Source: Actinomycetota bacterium
GTDB lineage: Bacteria; Actinomycetota; Acidimicrobiia; Acidimicrobiales; VFJN01
Direction: 5' to 3'
Length of the DNA stretch: 64,000 nt
NCBI GenBank assembly: GCA_009886035.1
Contig: VFJN01000099.1
Location: 19,544-83,543, forward strand
The translations under genes were made by a program, and so were the position numbers. Each line of letters opens with the position of its first letter. The stretch's first letter is position 1. Under the pieces are notes generated by a model. The model did no database searches and was not told where the DNA came from. It worked only from the letters and a program-made list of their open reading frames with translations. This document shows positions 10,239 to 17,790 of the stretch, piece by piece.

Positions 10239-11075
10239 TCAGACCTGACAGGCATCACAAAAGTACAGGGGCTTGTTGGCGAAACGCGTCTTGACCACCG
10301 CAGCCCGGCATCGGCGGCACGGCTGACCATCGCGTCCAAAGACTTTGAGGTGGTTCTGGTAGTCGCCAGATTTTCCGTAGAGGTCGACGAATCCGCCCTC
10401 CGCCAGGCTGGTCCCGCGGTATTTCACGGCCTCGTGAAGGGTCTCCACGAGGGCTCGAAACAGGCGACGGATCTCCTGTGAGGAGAGTTCACTCGAGATG
10501 CGGTCGTGACGAAGGCCGGCTTCCCACAGGATCTCGTCGCTGTAGATGGGTCCGATGCCCACCACCACGTCGGGAGCCATCAGGAGGGCTTTGAGCTTGA
10601 GGTTTCGAGCCAGTATCGAGCGAGCGAACAAGGTCCACGAGACCGCATCGGCCACCGGGTCCAGCCCGCAGGCCGCCAGTTCGGGGAGGTCTTCCGCCAC
10701 GGCGTTGGTGGCCACCACGAAGGCCTGGGCGGTGCCGCCGGAGTCCACGAGCCAGATCTGTCCACCCTGGGTGAAGCCCAGCACCACCATGGTGCCCTTG
10801 GGGGGCGTGCCACGCGGGGCGCCCTTCTCGAGTCGGCCGGTCTCCCCCAGATCCAGCACGAGCAGTTCGCTGTTGTCGAGGTTGGCCACCAAAAAGCGGC
10901 CCCGCCGGTCTACCGACTTGACCTTGGCGCCCTCCAAGCGAGCCTGGAAGATCTTCTTGTTTCCGTTGCGCTTCGTGACCTTGGCCCCGGTGACCTCAGG
11001 GACCTTGAAGCGCTTTCCTACCGATTCCTTCTCCAGTTCACGGCGGAGCGTTTCGAGCTCGGGTAGCTCAGTCAT
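10239..11075 (-). CDS. mutM: Fpg/Nei-family DNA glycosylase homologue (formamidopyrimidine-DNA glycosylase-like, atypical active-site residues)
   Basis: 278 aa. N-terminus MTELPELETLRREL resembles the canonical MPELPEVET. It has an H2TH region and a C-terminal CxxC...CxxC zinc finger (CRRCRAAVVKTRFANKPLYFCDACQ). Its start overlaps the rnc stop by 8 nt (ATGACTGA). rnc-fpg synteny matches mycobacteria. Confidence 0.85.
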   Translation of the reverse strand: MTELPELETLRRELEKESVGKRFKVPEVTGAKVTKRNGNKKIFQARLEGAKVKSVDRRGRFLVANLDNSELLVLDLGETGRLEKGAPRGTPPKGTMVVLGFTQGGQIWLVDSGGTAQAFVVATNAVAEDLPELAACGLDPVADAVSWTLFARSILARNLKLKALLMAPDVVVGIGPIYSDEILWEAGLRHDRISSELSSQEIRRLFRALVETLHEAVKYRGTSLAEGGFVDLYGKSGDYQNHLKVFGRDGQPCRRCRAAVVKTRFANKPLYFCDACQV

Positions 11076-11760
11076 AGTGGGTCTCCCTGGGGGTTTCCAT
11101 GCGATTGGGGTTGGTCAGGGCATCGTGCGCCACGCGAGCAGCAGCCTGTTCGGCCTGCTTCTTGGAGCGTCCTTCGCCCTTTCCGTAGTCGGCGCCGGCG
11201 ATGCTGACCACGCTGGCGAAGGTGCGGGCATGATCGGGGCCGCTGGCCTGCACGTCGTAGCGGGGTGCGCTCGAAAAAAGCCGGGCCGACAGCTCCTGTA
11301 GGCGACTCTTGTGATCAGTCCTATCGAACTGGGCCGTGGCCAGACGGCTGCCGAGGACGCGGAGAATGAGCGTGCGGGCTCCCTCGATCCCGGCGGCGAG
11401 GTAGACGGCCCCGATGATGGCTTCCAACGCATCGGCCAGAATCGACGGCTTTTCACGACCCCCCGAATGTTCTTCACCCCGTCCCAGGAGCAGGTGATCC
11501 CCCACCCGCAGCTCGTCCGCTACCTCCGCCAGGGCCACGGCGTTCACCACGGTCTTGCGGATGTCGGTGAGGTCACCCTCCGGGAGCGTGTCGTAGACCC
11601 GATACACGTGATCGGCGATGACGACGCTCAGGACGGCATCGCCGAGGAACTCGAGACGTTCGTTCGACGGGTAACCAGCGTGCTCGGCACACCAGGAACT
11701 GTGGACGAGCGCCGGGGCGAGGAGAGCGGGAGCCAAGTCGAGGCCGAGGCGCTCCATCAA
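11068..11760 (-). CDS. rnc: ribonuclease III
   Basis: 230 aa with the ERLEFLGDAVL RNase III signature and a C-terminal dsRBD. Confidence 0.95.
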   Translation of the reverse strand: MMERLGLDLAPALLAPALVHSSWCAEHAGYPSNERLEFLGDAVLSVVIADHVYRVYDTLPEGDLTDIRKTVVNAVALAEVADELRVGDHLLLGRGEEHSGGREKPSILADALEAIIGAVYLAAGIEGARTLILRVLGSRLATAQFDRTDHKSRLQELSARLFSSAPRYDVQASGPDHARTFASVVSIAGADYGKGEGRSKKQAEQAAARVAHDALTNPNRMETPRETHYD

Positions 11761-11798
11761 TTCTTCCAGACGGGGTACGGGGAGAGAATTCAGGGTAG

Positions 11799-12089
11799 TT
11801 ACAGCCGACCGAAGACGTAGTCGACCGCGTCGCGGACCGTCTTCAGGTCCGCCAAATCCTCGTCGTCGATCCGGAAGCCCACCGAGCGCTCGCTCAACTC
11901 TTCCTCCAAGGCCTCCACCAGTTCGATCAGGGCGAGCGAATCGGCGTCGAGGTCATCCGCGAAGCTCTGGCCCTCCGAGATGGCGCCGGGCTCGATTTCG
12001 AGAATGTCGGCCAGACGATCTCGAATCAGCGCAAACACCTGCTGTCGGTCCATAGGGTTTCCTCGTTCGACGTGGGTTTCGGCGGGCAA
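11799..12089 (-). CDS. acpP: acyl carrier protein
   Basis: 96 aa with the LDADSLALIELVEALEEE phosphopantetheine-attachment DSL motif. Confidence 0.9.
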   Translation of the reverse strand: MPAETHVERGNPMDRQQVFALIRDRLADILEIEPGAISEGQSFADDLDADSLALIELVEALEEELSERSVGFRIDDEDLADLKTVRDAVDYVFGRL

Positions 12090-12185
12090 TGACAGCTCCT
12101 GCGCGCGGGGCGATGGTGGAATCGGACCCTAGCCCATCCCCAACTTAGTGCGCTTGTGAATGAATCCCGGCCTGGTCAGAGGGCA

Positions 12186-13181
12186 TCAGCCCGACGCCAC
12201 AGCGGTGCGGAGGCGTTCGACGATCCCCGCCTCGTGCAGTTCGGCGGCCACCCGTATCGCGTTGACGACCGCCGTCGCCGAGGATGAGCCGTGGGAGATG
12301 AGACAAAGACCGTCCACCCCCAAGAGCATCGCCCCCCCAGTGTTATCCGGGTCGAGGGTGCCGTAGAGGGGCAGCAGGGCGGGGATCAACACCTCGCTGG
12401 CCGCCTGCGTCTCCGGGGTCGTCCCAAATGACGCAAAAATGGCGTTGACCAGGGCTCGCATACCGCCCTCGAGGGTCTTGAGCACCACGTTTCCGGTGAA
12501 ACCGTCGGTCACCACGACATCCACATCGTTGGTCATCACATCTCGCCCTTCGACGTTGCCGATGAAGATTCCCCCCGCCGCCTGGAGCGCTTCAGAGGCC
12601 GCCAGAAGGGCATTGGTCTCCTTTACCAACGGCGTCCCCTTCGACGCTTCCTCCCCGATCGAAAGCAGGCCAACGCGCGGCTGCTCGATGCCGTAGCGAC
12701 TGCGGGCAAACACCGCTCCCATCTGGGCAAACTGCAGGAGCCAGTCCGGCTGGCACTCGGCGTTAGCGCCGGCGTCGAGCAGAATGGTGGGATCGCCGCC
12801 CGGCACGGGAATCGGGGTGGCAATCGCCGGTCGGGCCACCCCTTTGATGCGCCCCATCCGCAGAAGGGCCGAGGCCATCGTGGCCCCCGTATTACCGGCG
12901 GAGATCATGGCGGAGGCCCGCCCGTCACGGACCGCCTCGGCCGCCCGCACCAGCGAGGAGTCCTTCATCCGCCGCACGCTCGAACCGGGATCGGCACTCA
13001 TCGGGATCACTTCCGACGCCGCGATGATTTCTAGGCCATCGGCGAGGGGTTCGAGCACCTCAGGCTGCCCCACCAGCACCACCGGCACGCCTAGTTCAGC
13101 CACCGCTCGATGGGCGCCGGCCACGATCTCGCCCGGGGCGTTGTCCCCGCCCATCGCGTCGAGGGCGACGGGAAGCATCAT
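12186..13181 (-). CDS. plsX: phosphate acyltransferase PlsX
   Basis: The ORF runs up to 13397, but that extension overlaps rpmF. An internal ATG at 13181 gives MMLPVALDAMGGDNAP, a typical PlsX start, 4 nt after the rpmF stop. Confidence 0.9.
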   Translation of the reverse strand: MMLPVALDAMGGDNAPGEIVAGAHRAVAELGVPVVLVGQPEVLEPLADGLEIIAASEVIPMSADPGSSVRRMKDSSLVRAAEAVRDGRASAMISAGNTGATMASALLRMGRIKGVARPAIATPIPVPGGDPTILLDAGANAECQPDWLLQFAQMGAVFARSRYGIEQPRVGLLSIGEEASKGTPLVKETNALLAASEALQAAGGIFIGNVEGRDVMTNDVDVVVTDGFTGNVVLKTLEGGMRALVNAIFASFGTTPETQAASEVLIPALLPLYGTLDPDNTGGAMLLGVDGLCLISHGSSSATAVVNAIRVAAELHEAGIVERLRTAVASG

Positions 13182-13185
13182 GGGG

Positions 13186-13365
13186 TCAATCGACCTCGAC
13201 GGCCTGCCGGCCGGCGTACCAGCCGCACTTGCCGCAGACCACATGGGGCAACTTGGTGGCACCACAGTGCGGGCACAGACTGCGCGGCGGAGCGGTGAGG
13301 GTCCACGCGCTGGCCCGGCGCTTGCGGGTCTTGGCTTTGGAGGTCTTCTTCTTCGGGACGGCCAT
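13186..13365 (-). CDS. rpmF: 50S ribosomal protein L32
   Basis: An internal ATG at 13365 of ORF 13186..13605 gives MAVPKKKTSKAKTRKRRASAW...CPHCG...CGKCGWY, i.e. L32 with a zinc ribbon. Confidence 0.9.
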   Translation of the reverse strand: MAVPKKKTSKAKTRKRRASAWTLTAPPRSLCPHCGATKLPHVVCGKCGWYAGRQAVEVD

Positions 13366-13474
13366 ACAGATCCTCGGATCGGAGAGCAGAGTGGCACCGG
13401 GGCAACGCCCGGCGGTGCAGCCGGTGGATCGTAGCGGGACCGCCTCCAGACCGTCGAACCGAACGCACAATGGC

Positions 13475-14008
13475 TCAGGGCGGGTCGAAGGTGAGACCGT
13501 CAAGCACCGCCCAGCGAGGATCCTTGGGCGGACCGTCGTCGCCTTCGCTAGCGGGCAGCTCTCCGGGGAGGATGACGGGGAGATCATCGGGCACCGGGCC
13601 CTCACAATCAGGGCGGCACAACGGCGAGATCGGCAGGTTCAGGAGCACGGCATCCCGCACCACCGGCTCAAGATCAATCTCATCCACGTCAATCGGGTAC
13701 GTCTCACCATCGCGGGGATGTACCTCGTAGACCTCACGAACCTCCACCACCATCGTGCCGGACACGACATCGAGGCAGCGGCGACATTCGGCTACCCAGG
13801 GGACCCCCACGGTTCCTCGAGCCGTGATGGCGGTGCCCTCCACCGACTCCAGTATGAGATCGATGGCCAGGTCAGCGTCGTCAGGCACCTGGGCCGAGGT
13901 AATTGCCAGCCCCGGGATCGGCGTCTGCACCACCACGGGGCGCTGGGTGCCGGGACGCCGGCGCAACTCGGTGATCCCCACCCGTAACACCGACCGCCGG
14001 GCCGGCAT
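13475..14008 (-). CDS. YceD/DUF177 family protein (23S rRNA accumulation protein-like)
   Basis: 177 aa, acidic, containing the CRRCLD motif. Its position immediately upstream of rpmF is typical for YceD. Confidence 0.8.
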   Translation of the reverse strand: MPARRSVLRVGITELRRRPGTQRPVVVQTPIPGLAITSAQVPDDADLAIDLILESVEGTAITARGTVGVPWVAECRRCLDVVSGTMVVEVREVYEVHPRDGETYPIDVDEIDLEPVVRDAVLLNLPISPLCRPDCEGPVPDDLPVILPGELPASEGDDGPPKDPRWAVLDGLTFDPP

Positions 14009-14013
14009 CAGGA

Positions 14014-14607
14014 TCAGCCCGAATCCTGGTCGAATACCGCCACGTTGGGATCATCGTGGCGGGGACCGATGGCCGGAGCTTCCCCGGTGGCGAGCGAGCC
14101 CTGCAGTTTGGTGCGACCGGCGGCCACCATCTTCATGGTGCGCTGCAGCACGATCTCAAAGCTGCCGAGTTTCTGATCGCAGTAGTCCTCGCACTCGTTC
14201 TTGAGGCGACTGGCTTCGTCGCTGGCGCTTTCCATGATCTGGCGGGCCCGAGCCTCGCTCACCTTCACCACCTCGGTGCGCTGCACCATCCGCTCCGCTT
14301 GGGCTCGGGCAATCTCCAGAATCTCGTCGCCCTCCCGGTGCATCTTGGCCAGGTACTCGTCGCGCGCCTTCAGGAGCCAGCGGGCGGCGCGCAGCTCGTC
14401 GGGCAGGCGGTCGATCGCCTCATCGAGCACGTCGAGCAGGTCGTCACGGTTGACCATGACCGAGGTGGAAAGGGGCATAGGGCGGGCCGCATTGATCATC
14501 TCGTGGAGCCGGCGGAGCACGGCCTCCACCTCGGTTCCCGGCCCGCGGGGCGTCATTTCCGGCTCAGCCTCGTCGTCGAGGCCATCATCGTCGTACTCGT
14601 CGCTCAT
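14014..14607 (-). CDS. coiled-coil DivIVA-like protein, probable SepIVA (Rv2927c) family
   Basis: 197 aa. Segments AARPMPLSTSVMVNRDDLLDVLDEAIDRLPDELRAA and LKNECEDYCDQKLGSFEIVL resemble, from memory, the mycobacterial SepIVA pattern. It sits next to DUF177 as in M. tuberculosis. ATGA overlap with the coaD stop. Confidence 0.5.
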   Translation of the reverse strand: MSDEYDDDGLDDEAEPEMTPRGPGTEVEAVLRRLHEMINAARPMPLSTSVMVNRDDLLDVLDEAIDRLPDELRAARWLLKARDEYLAKMHREGDEILEIARAQAERMVQRTEVVKVSEARARQIMESASDEASRLKNECEDYCDQKLGSFEIVLQRTMKMVAAGRTKLQGSLATGEAPAIGPRHDDPNVAVFDQDSG

Positions 14608-15086
14608 CGGGGGCCGTACCTCTCTTCAAGCCGCTTAGTCACGCCGGGCGGAACCATGCTCGAAACGTCGCCGCCGAAGCGGGCGATGTCACGAATGTAC
14701 TTCGAGGCCACCGCTGAGTTGGCGGACGCTGAGGGCAAAAACAGGGTGTGCACCCCCGACACGTTCAGGTTGATCTGGGCCTGGGAGATCTCGCTCTCGA
14801 AATCGATCGTCGAGCGCAGCCCTTTGATGATGAAGTCGGCCCCCACATCCGCCGCCAGGTCGACCACCAGTTTGGCGAAGCTCACCACCTCAATGTTTTT
14901 GAGGTGGCGGAGCGCCTCTTCGATCATGGCCTCGCGTTCTTCCAACGAGAACAGCGGCTCGCCCTTCTGCGGATTACGCATCGTGGCCACTACGACCTGG
15001 TCGAACAAGTGGGACGCCGTCTCGATCAACTCGACGTGTCCGTTGTGGATCGGGTCGAATGATCCTGGGTAGAGGACCTTGGTCAT
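14604..15086 (-). CDS. coaD: phosphopantetheine adenylyltransferase
   Basis: An internal ATG at 15086 gives MTKVLYPGSFDPIHNGHVELIE (the T/HxGH nucleotidyltransferase motif). The longer ORF start at 15134 would overlap rsmD. Confidence 0.9.
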   Translation of the reverse strand: MTKVLYPGSFDPIHNGHVELIETASHLFDQVVVATMRNPQKGEPLFSLEEREAMIEEALRHLKNIEVVSFAKLVVDLAADVGADFIIKGLRSTIDFESEISQAQINLNVSGVHTLFLPSASANSAVASKYIRDIARFGGDVSSMVPPGVTKRLEERYGPR

Positions 15087-15111
15087 CCCCTTAACGCTAC
15101 CGCCAGGGTGG

Positions 15112-15639
15112 TCACAGGACGATTCGTTGGGCAATCACTGCATGGGTGGAGCCGTAGCGCTTGGCCCGTAGGACCTCCCACCCGAACGGTGGATCAACGA
15201 CCTGATCAGACTCCAACACGGCGAGGTGGGCCGGCAGGTCGAGTAACAACTCGGGCCAACCGTCGAACTGGTAGGGCGGATCGACGAGCGCCACATCCCA
15301 CCGCTGGACGCCAGCCGTGGCCAAGAACCGCTCCACGGTGGAGGCCACCACCACGGCCCGGTCGGCCAAACCGGTGACCGCCAGGTTGGTCTCGATGGCC
15401 TCGCGAGCCGCTCGGTCATGGTCGACGAAGGTCACCCGGGCGGCCCCGCGCGACAGGGCCTCGATCCCCATTGCCCCACTACCGGCGAACAGATCCACCA
15501 CGGTGGCCTCGACCACCGCTCCCAAGCTCCCCAGGGCGTTGAACATCGCCTCGCGCACCCGCTCCGGCGTGGGACGGGTGGCCGATCCAGGTGGGGCTAC
15601 CAGTCTCCGGTTGCGGGCCGAACCCGAGATCACACGCAC
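15112..15639 (-). CDS. rsmD: 16S rRNA (guanine966-N2)-methyltransferase RsmD
   Basis: Contains RVISGSARNRRL, DLFAGSGAMGIEALSRGA (SAM-binding motif) and DPPY. GTG candidates at 15639 and 15633 are preferred, because the longer ORF (to 15843) would overlap the divergent small gene at 15713. Start is uncertain. Confidence 0.8.
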   Translation of the reverse strand: MRVISGSARNRRLVAPPGSATRPTPERVREAMFNALGSLGAVVEATVVDLFAGSGAMGIEALSRGAARVTFVDHDRAAREAIETNLAVTGLADRAVVVASTVERFLATAGVQRWDVALVDPPYQFDGWPELLLDLPAHLAVLESDQVVDPPFGWEVLRAKRYGSTHAVIAQRIVL

Positions 15640-15712
15640 AGACAGGACGGTACCCGCCACCGTTGCGAGGGCAAAGATGGTCGGTCCCGTCTCACCCGTG
15701 GCACCCTGAGGT

Positions 15713-15910
15713 GTGCCCGTTCCCGATTCCATCACCTGTGTCGACTGCGACGGCACCTGCCACCGAACCCCCGTCGAAGCACCGGAGATGGGTTGGGAGG
15801 AGGGTGACGTGATCACCTTTCGCTGCAAGGACTGCCACGACATGTGGTATCTCGAGGTAACCCAGGATGATCTAGGGCCCGAACGAGACGACGTTCCCGA
15901 CTGGTTCTAG
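15713..15910 (+). CDS. small zinc-ribbon protein (hypothetical, 65 aa)
   Basis: GTG start. Two Cys pairs (CVDCDGTC ... CKDCHD), strong GC3 codon bias and an acidic C-terminus. Its TAG stop is followed immediately by the rarD GTG at 15911. Confidence 0.5.
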   Translation: MPVPDSITCVDCDGTCHRTPVEAPEMGWEEGDVITFRCKDCHDMWYLEVTQDDLGPERDDVPDWF

Positions 15911-16861
15911 GTGCCCGACCTCGCTGACCAACGGCGGGTCGGCACCCTTGCCGGGATAGTGGCCTACGGGATCTGGGGGCTGTTCCCGATCATCTTTCAC
16001 GAGTTGCGCACCGTGGGGTCCGCCGAGATCCTCGTTCACCGGATCGTGTGGTCCTTCGTGGTCGTGATGGTGATCCTGGCCATTCGCGGTGATCGGCACT
16101 GGTACGACGCGGTGCGTCACCACCCTCACGGGCTGAGCCGACTTGCCCTCGCCGGAGTCCTCATCGCCATCAACTGGTGGGTTTACATCTGGGCGGTCAA
16201 TCACGACCGCGTCCTCGAAGCGGCGCTCGGGTACTACATCAACCCCCTGATCACCGTGGCGCTCGGAGTCATCGTGCTGCGGGAGCAACTCCGCCGGTCG
16301 CAATACGCGGCCCTGGCCTTCGGCTTGGCGGCGGTGGTGGTGCTCACCGTGGCCTACGGCCAGGTCCCGTGGATTTCACTGATCCTGGCCATCTCGTTCG
16401 CCGGCTACGGCTTTCTGAACAAGGCGGTGTCGGTCGATGCGACGAGCGCCTTGGCCGTGCAGACCGGGGTGCTCCTGCCCTTCGCCCTCGTCACGGCCAC
16501 TGCGCTCACCCTGCACGGCGATGCTCCCGTCGGGCCGGGCATCCTCCGCCAGGACGCCCTGCTGCTCAGCCTTGGGGTGGTCACCGCCGTGCCCCTCTTG
16601 CTCTTTGGCACCGCCGCCCGGCGCATCCCGCTCACCGAACTCGGCCTTCTCCAATACATCACGCCCACGATGCAGTTCGTCTGTGGCATCGCCATCTTCC
16701 ACGAGGACCTGCCCCCGGAGCGCCTCGCCGGTTTCATGCTGATCTGGCTAGCGCTCTTCCTGCTGGGGGCCGATGCCGTGCACGCCAGTCGCACCAAAGC
16801 CCCGACCTTTCCCACTAGCCCGGCTGCACCGCCAGGCGCGGTCGCCGCCGAAGGACCGTGA
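15911..16861 (+). CDS. rarD: EamA/RarD family transporter
   Basis: 316 aa, about 10 TM segments. GIWGLFPIIFHELRTVGSAEILVHRIVWS is typical of RarD. Confidence 0.85.
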   Translation: MPDLADQRRVGTLAGIVAYGIWGLFPIIFHELRTVGSAEILVHRIVWSFVVVMVILAIRGDRHWYDAVRHHPHGLSRLALAGVLIAINWWVYIWAVNHDRVLEAALGYYINPLITVALGVIVLREQLRRSQYAALAFGLAAVVVLTVAYGQVPWISLILAISFAGYGFLNKAVSVDATSALAVQTGVLLPFALVTATALTLHGDAPVGPGILRQDALLLSLGVVTAVPLLLFGTAARRIPLTELGLLQYITPTMQFVCGIAIFHEDLPPERLAGFMLIWLALFLLGADAVHASRTKAPTFPTSPAAPPGAVAAEGP

Positions 16862-17576
16862 CTCCGGCCCCCACGCCCAGGATGACGCTGGGCCCCAGGC
16901 CCCAGGTGGCCGCCACGGCTACCGCGAGGACCGCCACCTCCACCCAGACGACGGCGCTCTGCGCGGTGGGGAGGAGCTCCTCCAGGCGGCGATGGAGCGC
17001 CATGAGGTGCCGGGGGCTGGTGAGGCGGGCGCCGAGGAGCACGGCGAGGCCCCGGACGAGGCCGAAGCCCACCAGGATGAAAAAGGCGGCCAGCGGTGAC
17101 CCCGTAAGGGCCGCCAGAACCACCATCAAATACACCGCTGCCGTCGTCACGTAGGTGGCGAGCCCCACCCCGATCTGCCAGCCGAAACCCCCTCCGTAGA
17201 CCCAACTGCGGTACTGATCGAGCCAGGCCTCATTGACCTGGCGCCGGTGGGAGGGCAGCCGGAACCCTCCGAGTTGCAGGTCAGAGGCGAGGGCGATGGC
17301 CGCCAGCAGCGCCGCCAGGCCCACCGCGGCCCGAACGGGCAGATCCACCGCCGCCACCCCACCCGCCAACAACGCCGCCCCCGTTCCGAGCGTGGCCCCG
17401 CCCGCCACGGCCCCGGCGATGAACCAGGCGGCGGTAACCGACCACCGGTTGCGGCGGCCCGACTCGCCCAGCGGGGTGAGGGTGGAGAGCATCGACAGAC
17501 CGCAAGGAGACCAGGTGGAGCGGATGGCGGCCACCGCCGCAACCATCGACGCCAGCACGATCAGCAGCCCAGACAT
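16815..17576 (-). CDS. integral membrane protein (possibly DsbD_2/CcdA-like)
   Basis: 253 aa, about 6 TM segments, with N-terminal WSPCGLSML resembling the SPC motif of CcdA/DsbD-type proteins. The family call is weak. Convergent 47-nt overlap with the rarD end. Confidence 0.55.
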   Translation of the reverse strand: MSGLLIVLASMVAAVAAIRSTWSPCGLSMLSTLTPLGESGRRNRWSVTAAWFIAGAVAGGATLGTGAALLAGGVAAVDLPVRAAVGLAALLAAIALASDLQLGGFRLPSHRRQVNEAWLDQYRSWVYGGGFGWQIGVGLATYVTTAAVYLMVVLAALTGSPLAAFFILVGFGLVRGLAVLLGARLTSPRHLMALHRRLEELLPTAQSAVVWVEVAVLAVAVAATWGLGPSVILGVGAGVTVLRRRPRLAVQPG

Positions 17577-17790
17577 GACGAGATGCTAGCGCGAGGGTCG
17601 GTTCGCAGCGGGCGGGGCGGGCGCCGTTGGCGACGCGAACCGGGCTGACCGCGGCGAGCAGAACCGCGCTGACGGCACCCGGTGGCAAAGAATCGGCACC
17701 GACCGCATTGCGCGCATAAGGTCCGAGAGGTGCGCGCGAAGAGAAGCGTTTTCTTCGGCCCCACCATCGGCGAATCGACGAGGACAACGA

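Noticed and set aside
12186-13397. Long N-terminal extensions given by the ORF track. Examples: plsX to 13397, rpmF ORF to 13605, galK ORF from 30845, cysQ ORF to 46957, recG to 21016, coaD to 15134, CoA-transferase to 29454.
   Set aside because: The extensions overlap neighbouring well-supported genes and are low-complexity. Internal starts give canonical family N-termini and tight or overlapping junctions.
17577-17790. Assignment of the FN3-LysM leader to the c-di-AMP (ydaO) riboswitch class.
   Set aside because: I could not find the conserved sequence blocks I remember for that class. It is kept only as an unclassified structured leader pending an Rfam scan.
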